Source of the DNA: Macrostomum lignano
Taxonomy: Eukaryota
Reading direction: 5' to 3'
NCBI GenBank assembly: GCA_002269645.1
Contig: NIVC01002543.1
Location: 99,290 to 163,289 of the forward strand
Length of the DNA: 64,000 nucleotides
Part shown: positions 13,101 through 30,300 of the stretch, piece by piece
Numbering within the stretch: position 1 is the stretch's first letter
Layout of the letters: each line of letters opens with the position of its first letter
Position numbers and translations under genes: made by a program
The notes under the pieces: model-generated
Seen by the model: the letters and a program-made list of their open reading frames with translations, nothing else
Database searches by the model: none
What the model was told of the DNA's origin: nothing

Positions 13101-14116
13101 AGCAGCGCTTGGAGGACAGCGAGGACCGGCTGCGAAAGCGGGACCCCAGGCCCGAAGATGTGGAGACTATTCAGGGCCTCCGGGCGCGGCTCAGCGAGCG
13201 CGAAGCCGAGGTGGCCAAGCTGGTGGTGAGCTTTCGAGGAAATCCTTAACTAACGGGACAGAAATTTGCTTTCAAATTTGTACACGTGATGTCATTGAAA
13301 GACTTTGAAAGAAAGAAAGAAATGTAAATATCGACCATCCCAGAAGATAGTGGTAATAAGCGGCTTGAATTGTCTTAACTAAAAAGACTTTAAATACTAC
13401 TGTCAATGAGTAGACTGCAAACTCGTTCGCATTTATGGAAAAGTATGTTTGAATGTCCTTCTTTCACTTTCCCCGTCACTGCAGGAGGACATGCGGTTCT
13501 ATAAGAACGAGTTGATCAACAGGGAGACCAACTACAACAAGGTGTTTAATAGTACAAATGGGCCGCATGTTGGACTCGTGAATCCACTGGCTGCCAAGGT
13601 TTGTCACTGAGTTGGGTATTCACACTAGCTTACTGAGGGGCTTAGGTACAGACACCAGACTACTGAGGAGCTTAGGTACAGACACCAGACTACTAAGGAG
13701 CTTAGGTACGGACACCAGACTACTGAGTGGCTTAGGTACAGACACCAGACTACTGAGTGGCTTAGGTACGGACACCAGACTACTGAGTGACTTAGGTACG
13801 GACACCAGACTACTGAGGAGCTTAGGTAAAGACACTAGACTATTGAGAAGCTTAGGTACAGACACCAGACTACTGAGGAGCTTAGGTACGGACACCATCC
13901 TGCATCCGATCTCACTCCATATTGCAGCAGAAGAAGCGCAACTCAGTGTCGGATTCTCCCAGCCAGTCGGCCGCCAGCTCCACCGGCTCTCTGAAGGGCA
14001 AGGGCCGCCTGGCGCCGCTGCCCGGTTCGCCGATGCACGACGAGCCGTTGACGCCGTCGAAGCCGCTGCCGCCGGCCTCCGTGCTGGCTTCCGGGTCTAG
14101 CAAGAAGTTCTTGTAG
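7115..14116 (+). CDS. FAM184A: FAM184A/B family coiled-coil protein, 8 exons, ~1104 aa
   Basis: Exons 7115-7240, 8518-8808, 10373-10954, 11037-11157, 11246-12872, 12961-13225, 13485-13598 and 13928-14116. All introns are GT-AG and phase-consistent, total 3315 nt. The N-terminal MSKKIAQLTK|VIYALNTKNDEHE and C-terminal FYKNELINRETNYNKVFN...VNPL..K and RLAPLPGSPMHD...SKPLP match FAM184 conserved blocks. A versus B paralogue cannot be decided. Confidence 0.92.
9046..10115 (+). repeat. 14-bp minisatellite (CCTGACACCACAAA)n, ~75 copies, in FAM184 intron 2
   Basis: Direct reading, with variants such as TCTGACAC, TGTGACAC and CTGAAAAC. Confidence 0.96.
13626..13897 (+). repeat. 30-bp minisatellite (TACTGAGGAGCTTAGGTACAGACACCAGAC), ~9 copies, in FAM184 intron 7
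   Basis: Direct reading. Confidence 0.95.
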
Positions 14117-14649
14117 CCAATCATCACGCTGTAGCTAAAAATATCCTTTAGAAACTTTCGTTGACTGACTTCGAGTGCAGGGTGCAAAACCAGTTGAAAA
14201 CTACTCCAATTTCAATGGCGTATTTTCATGTGCTGGACAAAATTCTTCAGAATCTTCTCGACTGATCGAGCGCGCTTTGATTGGTCAGTTGTTGGCTTTG
14301 CTTTCTAGTGCATGTGTACTTAACTGTGAACTTTATGATCGGCTTTTCTTGTAGTACAATACTGTTTATTGTGAATAATGCTTATTTTACATTGACTACT
14401 TCGAAATACTTAATACACATATGCAAACTCAGAATTATAGATCTGATAATTTTATTCATTAGCCTAAAGCGCTGAGACTCTTTCTGAGCTTTGTTCATGC
14501 TGTCAATGTCTCAGGTAGGCAACTTTTAGTTCGATAGTTCAACACATTTAAAGTGAATGCGTGAGAGGCGAGAGCCTAATGCAACCTTTGTTATCCTGCT
14601 CGTTTATCATATCAACCTAGTGAGAATATTTAATTCAAATGAATAAAAT

Positions 14650-16085
14650 AACCGCTGGAGCTGTGGTCCTGCACAGGACGCCGCCTTCGCGAAGTGGCAG
14701 GCTCTCTGTTGTCGTCCGATCCAGTTTAAGCACATTTGGACTCTACAAAGAATCTGATTCTGGAGTGCGACGCCTCACCATACTGCCTGGGTTCAACCGC
14801 ATGGTGCATCGCGCTGGTGCTTCTCTGTTGGGAGCCGACGCCCTAAGCCGCCTCAGTTTCAACGCCCATATAGCTTGTTATGCTGCTGGGTTACCTGGAC
14901 GATGGACCCGGGACAGCAGTCCAAGTGAAAGCCTTGACCCGGCGGGATCCTGTGCGTTCTCGAGCGTTGTATTTTACAAAAAGTGTCACAGTCAGCGTCA
15001 CGTCAGTTGTAGCTCAAGCGGTCAAGCGGTGCATCCGAAATGGCCTACGCAGCGAGTCACGGACCTCAGAATCAGCACTTAGCACTCATCAAATAACTGG
15101 TCGAAGACTCAGCAGCATCCTTATCCTTGGAGTCCATCGGGCGCTGTCAGCGACTATAGGGACGACTCAGCGGTGGTCACCCCGTTACTGAGGACCTCTA
15201 AGGACGTAACCCACATGTCGTCGCACTACCCGGTCGTTACCATCGAATCCGCAGTGGTAGGATGCAGGGCCAGCAACACCAAATACTCTAGCCGGCTTCA
15301 TTCAAACCGTCGGCCCAAAAGTCTCTGGCCGGGACCGTGTCGCCAGGCTTGTACGTCCGGAATCGGACCTCGCTGTCGTGTTGCTCCTTCTGCTGGCTCT
15401 GCTTGCTTGCTTAGGTCAGGACGAGCTGTGTTCAGTAGTGTTCTTAGCTTACGTCTGATGGGGAGCTCGCAGGAAGAAACACCGGTAGTCGTATGCGGTG
15501 TGGCACGATAAGTCGATAACTCAGCAAAAACCGTGTAACCTCCTCCAAAGATCTGTCACGCTGCTTTTCCCGAGACCGCTTTAGCGTCTGGGCAGCTCTG
15601 GACGGCCAGACCATTAAACGCTGAATAATGGATGCCACCCGGGCGTGCTGGATACCGTTCTTACGCAGGAATTCTGACATCTATTCGAGCCTGTTATCCA
15701 ACACAATAATGTCTGGGAAACAATGGGTCGCAAAAACTTGAAACTTCTGGGTAGTGGCTGACGAAGTTGCAAAAGCAACCACACGCACGTCTAAACATTT
15801 GGAATTGGCGTCGACCACCACCACTACCGGCATCTTGCCAGCTGCCGCTTCAGCGTAGTCATGTGCAATCGCGGTCTATCTGGTCACGGCCAGGGAAGCA
15901 TCGGCGAAGGTATTGGCGCCGGTACTCTTTGGCAAGGCAATCAATCTCATCGTCCATGTCAGGCCACCAGAAGTAGCCCAGGGCCAACGATTTCATGCGC
16001 GACGCTCCTGAATGGCACTGGTGGATCACTTGGAGCAACACAGCCCGAGCTGCAACTGGGATGACTCAGGCCAGCCAGTTTTTGT
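14650..16085. mobile_element. Decayed Ty3/Gypsy pol remnant: RT-connection/RNase H on + (14650-14982) and integrase on - (16078-~15030)
   Basis: Plus strand, across frameshifts: WSCGPAQDAAF, LDSTKNLILECDASPYCLG, VHRAG...ADALSRL, LDDGPGTAVQVKALTRRDPV. Minus strand: VIP...LLQVIHQCHSGASRMKSLALGYFWWP (integrase Zn-binding), VFATHCFPDIIVLDN...EFLRKNGIQH (core), YRATPHTTTGVS, GPASY...VVRRHV. Many stops, frameshifts and deletions. Confidence 0.9.
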
Positions 16086-18093
16086 GACGGAATAAACTGT
16101 TTTTGTGGTTTTAGTTATAGTTTTGTCCGGACGTTTAAAAAAGTCTTTCATTTTGGTTGGTGCATCAAGGACTACTTAACGAAGTGACTTCAGTGGTCCT
16201 TGTGGTGCATTCAGTTGCTTGATTGTCGCATCATTTTTCTCATTTTGTCCAATATTTTGTTACAATATTGTTCGTCACTATAGTTGTAGGATCTCTACCA
16301 ACAGATATACTGCAAAGTATTCTCGCTTATGACATTTTCATATCCTTTACGCAATTCTGAAAGTTTTTGGTGCTCCAAGATTTGATCTTCATCGGGCAAG
16401 GATGTGGTAGCGTGGCCTTAGTGCGATGTCTACATGTACAATGTAGGTAAGAAATGTTTAACCAAAGTTCAAATTTTACGCAGCCTGCTACTACAGGGAT
16501 GAATACAAAAATGTACGCAAGAGAAGACAGCGTTGAGCATGTCAGACTCAGAAGAGACCATTTTCGAGTACTACGCGTGTACATAGTACAATTACAAAAA
16601 TTACTGACTAAACGGTACTTACAGTGCTTAAACTTTTCCCTTTGCAATCAGCTTGTCTTGGCTTCCTTTTAGTCCCAGTGCAACACTTTGTGAATAATAT
16701 TTCCCTTTTATCGACTAACGACATGCACTAATATAAATACAACACATCTGCTAGCTCGGAGTTATAGATCGAATGATGTTATCCTTAGTCTAAAACTTTG
16801 AGACTTTCTGAGCTTTAGCCCATGCTGCTGCGTATATTGATTTGGGCGAGTTTCTCAGGTGGCACATTGGGGAATCAACCCGACTTGGGGGGGGGGATTT
16901 GTTCGGCAAGCCATTCCCGTTCTGTGCGAGTGGTTGAAGACTCCCCTATTGGTCGCAGAGGCATTATGGATTCGCTGCGGGTCAGCAAACCCCCGGTCAG
17001 GACCAGGATGCGACCTGGCCTAAAGAGTGTCACTGCTTAGGATTTGCGTTATGCAGCGCATTCCCAGGCCTTCTCAGTTTCCGTGTAACGCTGAAGCGCA
17101 TTGCGAGCGTCTGCTCGGTAAGTCAGTAAAGCGATATTGCTATGGCTGAATTCCATGCGCATTTAACTTGTATAGCACTCATTGTGCCACCTAAAGATTC
17201 ACATTACCGCGAGTATCTCTGCGGGTCGTCCAAGATTGCTCAAATTTGATCAATCTTGGACCCGCAACAGTTCGACTTTTAAAGTACAGCTCTACAGTAT
17301 GTAAGCAGAGTTTCAAGTACATTTTAGTATTCATTTAGCTCTATACTTGTAAAGTGTCTCAAGTCCCTCACCAATACGATTGGCATGAGTAGATCAACCA
17401 AGGACCACTAGTCCTTGAGATCAATGTGCAGAGCAGGCCCAATCAGCCTGACTTATTTAACAAAAAATGAATTGGCTCAAGAAGTATGCTGCTTCTCCAG
17501 AGACGATGTTGTCGCATCCTTTCGTCCTCTCTGTTGCATCTTCTTTTTGAGAAATTTCTTTGCGCCCTGGGCTGATGCAGCTTAGAAAATACTGTGCGGA
17601 TTGCATACTTCTTGGAAGGTTGAAATCTACGAGTATTTTCTGGTGTACTCAACGGGAAATAGCAGACAGTGCAGCCTCCCAGAGCAGCAGGTGATTACTC
17701 ATTCTATTGTCTTGGCATGAGTGCCGGCTTGAGCTCTCTGACCTTGAGCTCTAAGTTGAGCAGGACTTTTGCAGTAGCGCCCATCTGCTCACGACTTTTT
17801 AGGAAACTCTTCATTGCCTGAGCTCTCATTGTTTGGCGTGAAGTTGAGTGACAGACAACAGCAAGCAGACTTTGACAGTCCAGAATTGACATATTCTCGA
17901 CTGTAGCTTCTTCTAGCTAACACTACCAAACTGCATTTTTCATTGGCTTAAAACATGCTTGTATTTTACAAGACACGGCAATACTCTTTACACTGTAGAT
18001 TTCACACCTGCCGATAAATTTGATTCAGGATGCTAGATCATATCGCGTACGGTAATGCACAGATTCATGAATTCATGATCTTCCTCACTACGT

Positions 18094-18475
18094 AGCCATT
18101 CTGTCTCATGGATGAGAGCTTCCTCACCAACTAGCCATTCTGTCTCATGGATGAGAGCTTCCTCACCAACTAGCCATTCTGTCTCATGGATGAGAGCTTC
18201 CTCACCAACTAGCCATTCTGTCTCATGGATGAGAGCTTCCTCATCAACTAGCCATTCTGTCTCATGGATGAGAGCTTCCTCACCAACTAGCCATTCTGTC
18301 TCATGCTGCAGATGAGAGCTTTCTCCCCAGGTAGCCATTCTGTCTCATAGATGAGAGCTTCCTCACCAACTAGCCATTCTGTCTCATAGATGAGAGCTTC
18401 CTCACCAACTAGCCATTCTGTCTCATAGATGAGAGCTTCCTCCCCAAGTAGCCATTCTGTCTCATGCTGTAGATT
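18094..18475 (+). repeat. 39-bp minisatellite (GCCATTCTGTCTCATGGATGAGAGCTTCCTCACCAACTA), ~9 copies
   Basis: Direct reading. Confidence 0.95.
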
Positions 18476-19065
18476 AGAGCTTTCTCACTGAGCAGAGTCT
18501 GGGCACCAAATACTATGTCCATCTTAAGAGAGGCCGGGAAAGTGCAGACGGAATTGGCAGCCGTCACGGATAAAGCAGTGACGCGCGCATGGTTTCAAGC
18601 TGAATCAAAATATTAATTTGTCTAATGACCGGGGCAGACTGAGGATTGGCAAAGGAAGAGTGCGCCGCAGAGTCCTGAGGCACTAGCAGCTCAGCATCAT
18701 CAGCGCAGTGCTGTGGGATGGCTGGCGGCCTAGTCTAGCGAGAAATCCGTGAAATTAGCCGTCATCCAACGGACAGGCTGAGAGAAAGGAAAATAATTAA
18801 TCTGAGTTTCTAAAGAACCTGGCTCAGAAAGTGCTAGTATACGAGAGCGGAGTTTATCTAGCTAAAAAGAGTCCAACCGACCAGGAACTGCTAGAATACT
18901 ATTGAGCACGGGAAGCGCAAAGTTTATGAGGCTGATCATTTGGAGCGCATGACTACCTGGTCATGGTCAGGCAGTTTACACACTGTAATATGGTCTTGAG
19001 TGTGTACACGGAATTAAACCTAAAATCAATGATTCGAGTGAAAATCTTTCGACTGGAAAAAAAGT

Positions 19066-25361
<6,296 letters not shown>

Positions 25362-26520
25362 TAGGGGCTCTTTGTAAGCTGAAGTTAAAATATCAATCTG
25401 GGAAAGAAATGCTGAATGTTGTAAAATGTAAGAATAGGAGATCCAATTAATTGGTTATAAATTTCTTGAGTTCCGACTTTCGTTCCCAGCTCTTTCGTTC
25501 TCCATAGCGCTTTGAGTAGTCATTGAGCCCCAAAGAAGCTAACCTACATTGAAGAAAAGATGTTTTGAGATTCTTGCGATTTCGAATTTAAATTTTAATT
25601 CGAACGACTATATACAATGCTCGGGCCATAATTCGCGTTGGTCCTACTGTCAGTAGCTGAAACTCGAACGTAATTTATTCACGAAATAGTTTCTACCCCA
25701 ATCAGTTTCAAATTACCAGAGCCCCGAGTAGATGCCAAGTCAAGGAGGCAATCCGTCCCTGGACGAGTCGGCCTCTTCTGGGACAGCTCGCGTCAGAGGA
25801 TTTCTGGCTTGGTTTTTTGAAATTTAGTTTGACAGTCAAACTTTGCGCAGCTGGCCGGACGAAATTCCCGGATGCGATGATTTATTCACTAGGAATTCGG
25901 TTGGGCAAAGCACAGTAAAGAAGTGCGGCCAGCAACAGGCTTCTTACTTTACTTCGGAACACAGTTCTCTGAGCTTTTGTGAGTATACAAGATAGTGTTC
26001 TCATGTCAAACGGTATTCACTATTGTGCTCAAAGGCAATTGCAAGCCGGGTACCTGAGTAAGCGATCCAACTGGCCTACATAGTAACAAAAGCTGAGCCA
26101 GTAGAAACAATGCTGCACCTGTCAACACCGCGGCCTCATAGTTGTTCGGGTCGGGAGAACAGCTGCTTGTTGACATTGGCGCCGCTGGTGGCTGCATTCC
26201 TGAGTTGCATGGTGAAACAGGTAAGAAAAGAATGCACCGACATGCTGTAGCCAAGGTCAAGTGCGTCAGTTGTAGGAAGATGTGCTCACAATGAATGCCT
26301 CAATGAACTCTAACGTAGAGCATGAATTTCATCCTAAAGCATAAATATTCGATGCCTCGAGAAACTATAATTGAGATGCCCCTAACCCTGTCTTTCCCAG
26401 ATCCCTGATCTCAAATCCTCGCCAGCCCTTAAGTACGTATAATGATCGAAACTTTATAGGCTTCTCGTGAGGCTCCAATGCCCGAGTGTCGGTCTCAGAC
26501 TAGATGAGAGCTTCCTCACC

Positions 26521-26824
26521 ATTATTATTATTATCACTATTACACCTGCCCTAATGGCCAGATGTGCAACCGACAGCTCAGCCGCAGCTATTGCGCGGCG
26601 CATTGATGAAGTCTGCGTACGGCTGTTCAGTCCAAGGACTGGGGGGTCGCCACACACCCTCAATTACCCCAGCTAATGCTGGCATCCATTTTACAGCTGG
26701 GTGGACTGAAGCAATGCAGGGTTAGTGTCTTGCTCAAGAACGCAAATTGTTCCAAGTGGGATCGAGAATCGAACCCCCGACCTTTAAGTCATGAGTCTGA
26801 CGCTCTAAACACTGGGCTACAGCC
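26521..26824 (-). mobile_element. tRNA-derived SINE, family 1, copy a, with (AAT)n tail
   Basis: Minus-strand head GGCTGTAGCCCAGTGTTTAGAGCG (A box) ... GGTTCGATTCT (B box). The central TTCTTGAGCAAGACACTAACC...CCACCCAGCTGTAAAATGG resembles the CORE/V/Meta-type SINE domain. A second copy lies at 42285-42583. Confidence 0.82.
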
Positions 26825-26851
26825 TTTTCTATTGTCTCAGAAGAATTCAAC

Positions 26852-27011
26852 TAGGGGTGTTCGGGGTTCGGGGTCGGGTCGGGTTTTGGTACCGGGTTCG
26901 GGGTTCGGGGTTAGAAGAAATGTTCGGGACGGGGTTCGGGGTTCGGGGTAGGGGTACCGGGTTCGGGGTAAACCCCGAACCCCGAAAAAATGGCCGACCC
27001 GAACACCCCTA
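26852..27011. mobile_element. hAT-type MITE, 160 bp
   Basis: Perfect 14-bp TIRs TAGGGGTGTTCGGG (26852-26865) and CCCGAACACCCCTA (26998-27011). Exact 8-bp TSD AATTCAAC at 26844-26851 and 27012-27019. Confidence 0.92.
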
Positions 27012-27391
27012 AATTCAACGGATCCTGATTGACCTAATAACACTTGCTAACTACGAATCGATCTGAACTCATGGGGGGCGGGCGGAATTCCTAGCTAAAT
27101 AGGGCCTTGAATGACTCAAATGAGTTCAGTCCAGCCGATGAAGATTCAAACCGCAGATTCCGTTATGATGAGAGCGGCCTCTCGAGCATACACACAGTCC
27201 GCTGGTCATTAACGCCAGTTCAAATTGATACTGTGTATTCTAAATATTAAGTTGGAAGCTCTGATTAATTGTAGCGCAGGCTGATAAGCTAATTAATTAA
27301 TTGGCTTGGCCAACACGAGCCATATTTGCCTGGCGGCCGCATTGCTTTTCGGTGAATAGGACAGAAGCTTATTGCCTTCTCTGCCAGCTTG

Positions 27392-30300
27392 ACCTAGCTT
27401 CCTCTAGCACCTGTGCTAGCCTCCATTGGCTTCCTCTAGCACCTGTGCTAGCCTTCACTGGCTTCCTCTAGCACCTGTGCTAGCCTTCACTGGCTTCCTC
27501 TAGCACCTGTGCTAGCCTCCATTGGCTTCCTCTAGCACCTGTGCTAGCCTTCACTGGCTTCCTCTAGCACCTGTTCTAGCCTCCATTGGCTTCCTCTAGC
27601 ACCTGTGCTAGCCTCCATTGGCTTCCTCTAGCACCTGTGCTAGCCTTCACTGGCTTCCTCTAGCACCTGTTCTAGCCTCCATTGGCTTCCTCTAGCACCT
27701 GTGCTAGCCTTCACTGGCTTCCTCTAGCACCTGTGCTAGCCTTCACTGGCTTCCTCTAGCACCTGTGCTAGCCTCCATTGGCTTCCTCTAGCACCTGTGC
27801 TAGCCTCCATTGGCTTCCTCTAGCACCTGTGCTAGCCTCCATTGGCTTCCTCTAGCACCTGTGCTAGCCTCCATTGGCTTCCTCTAGCACCTGTGCTAGC
27901 CTCCATTGGCTTCCTCTAGCACCTGTGCTAGCCTCCATTGGCTTCCTCTAGCACCTGTGCTAGCCTTCACTGGCTTCCTCTAGCACCTGTGCTAGCCTTC
28001 ATTGGCTTTCTCTAGCACCTGTGCTAGCCTTCACTGGCTTCCTCTAGCACCTGTGCTAGCCTCCATTGGCTTCCTCTAGCACCTGTGCTAGCCTCCATTG
28101 GCTTCCTCTAGCACCTGTTCTAGCCTCCATTGGCTTCCTCTAGCACCTGTGCTAGCCTCCATTGGCTTCCTCTAGCACCTGTGCTAGCCTTCACTGGCTT
28201 CCTCTAGCACCTGTGCTAGCCTCTATTGGCTTCCTCTAGAGCCTGTGCTAGCCTTCATTGGCTTCCTCTAGCACCTGTGCTAGCCTCCATTGGCTTCCTC
28301 TAGCACCTGTGCTAGCCTTCACTGGCTTCCTCTAGCACCTGTGCTAGCCTTCACTGGCTTCCTCTAGCACCTGTGCTAGCCTCCATTGGCTTCCTCTAGC
28401 ACCTGTGCTAGCCTCCATTGGCTTCCTCTAGCACCTGTTCTAGCCTCCATTGGCTTCCTCTAGCACCTGTGCTAGCCTCCACTGGCTTCCTCTAGCACCT
28501 GTGCTAGCCTTCACTGGCTTCCTCTAGCACCTGTGCTAGCCTCCATTGGCTTCCTCTAGCACCTGTGCTAGCCTCCATTGGCTTCCTCTAGCACCTGTGC
28601 TAGCCTTCACTGGCTTCCTCTAGCACCTGTGCTAGCCTCCATTGGCTTCCTCTTGCACCTGTGCTAGCCTCCATTGGCTTCCTCTAGCACCTGTGCTAGC
28701 CTCCATTGGCTTCCTCTAGCACCTGTGCTAGCCTCCATTGGCTTCCTCTAGCACCTGTGCTAGCCTTCACTGGCTTCCTCTAGCACCTGTGCTAGCCTCC
28801 ATTGGCTTCCTCTAGCACCTGTGCTAGCCTTCACTGGCTTCCTCTAGCACCTGTGCTAGCCTTCACTGGCTTCCTCTAGCACCTGTGCTAGCCTCCATTG
28901 GCTTCCTCTAGCACCTGTGCTAGCCTCCATTGGCTTCCTCTAGCACCTGTGCTAGCCTCCATTGGCTTCCTCTAGCACCTGTGCTAGCCTCCATTGGCTT
29001 CCTCTAGCACCTGTGCTAGCCTCCATTGGCTTCCTCTAGCACCTGTGCTAGCCTCCATTGGCTTCCTCTAGCACCTGTGCTAGCCTTCACTGGCTTCCTC
29101 TAGCACCTGTGCTAGCCTTCATTGGCTTTCTCTAGCACCTGTGCTAGCCTTCACTGGCTTCCTCTAGCACCTGTGCTAGCCTCCATTGGCTTCCTCTAGC
29201 ACCTGTGCTAGCCTCCATTGGCTTCCTCTAGCACCTGTTCTAGCCTCCATTGGCTTCCTCTAGCACCTGTGCTAGCCTCCATTGGCTTCCTCTAGCACCT
29301 GTGCTAGCCTTCACTGGCTTCCTCTAGCACCTGTGCTAGCCTCCATTGGCTTCCTCTAGAGCCTGTGCTAGCCTTCATTGGCTTCCTCTAGCACCTGTGC
29401 TAGCCTCCATTGGCTTCCTCTAGCACCTGTGCTAGCCTTCACTGGCTTCCTCTAGCACCTGTGCTAGCCTCCATTGGCTTCCTCTAGCACCTGTGCTAGC
29501 CTCCATTGGCTTCCTCTAGCACCTGTGCTAGCCTCCATTGGCTTCCTCTAGCACCTGTGCTAGCCTCCATTGGCTTCCTCTAGCACCTGTGCTAGCCTCC
29601 ATTGGCTTCCTCTAGCACCTGTGCTAGCCTCCATTGGCTTCCTCTAGCACCTGTGCTAGCCTTCACTGGCTTCCTCTAGCACCTGTGCTAGCCTTCATTG
29701 GCTTTCTCTAGCACCTGTGCTAGCCTTCACTGGCTTCCTCTAGCACCTGTGCTAGCCTCCATTGGCTTCCTCTAGCACCTGTGCTAGCCTCCATTGGCTT
29801 CCTCTAGCACCTGTTCTAGCCTCCATTGGCTTCCTCTAGCACCTGTGCTAGCCTCCATTGGCTTCCTCTAGCACCTGTGCTAGCCTTCACTGGCTTCCTC
29901 TAGCACCTGTGCTAGCCTCCATTGGCTTCCTCTAGAGCCTGTGCTAGCCTTCATTGGCTTCCTCTAGCACCTGTGCTAGCCTCCATTGGCTTCCTCTAGC
30001 ACCTGTGCTAGCCTTCACTGGCTTCCTCTAGCACCTGTGCTAGCCTTCACTGGCTTCCTCTAGCACCTGTGCTAGCCTCCATTGGCTTCCTCTAGCACCT
30101 GTGCTAGCCTTCATTGGCTTCCTCTAGCACCTGTGCTAGCCTTCACTGGCTTCCTCTAGCACCTGTGCTAGCCTCCATTGGCCTCCTCTAGCACCTGTGC
30201 TAGCCTTCACTGGCTTCCTCTAGCACCTGTGCTAGCCTCCATTGGCTTCCTCTAGCACCTGTGCTAGCCTCCATTGGCTTCCTCTAGCACCTGTGCTAGC

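Noticed and set aside
16865-17100. GC-rich segment faintly like an RTE 5' end or HDV-like ribozyme
   Set aside because: Only short word matches (GGCAAGCCATTCC, GGTCGCAGAG); the nested pseudoknot could not be built.
17400-18950. Coding-like fragments on both sides of the 39-bp array (e.g. FLKNLAQKVLVYESGVYLAKKSPTDQELLEYY)
   Set aside because: Interrupted by stops and not assignable to a family by eye; would need TBLASTX or BLASTX.
25440-26260. Isolated exon-like segments (e.g. donor CAG|GTAAGA at 26220/26221; minus-strand LASLGLNDYSKRYGERK...)
   Set aside because: They could not be joined into a consistent gene model.
26750-26824. tRNA genes (also at 42510-42583, 41060, 48188 and 53408-53476)
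   Set aside because: A and B boxes are present, but there is no complete cloverleaf and the heads run into SINE bodies.
26860-26970. Telomere or telomeric remnant
   Set aside because: The repeat is GGGGTTC rather than TTAGGG and lies inside TIRs with a TSD.
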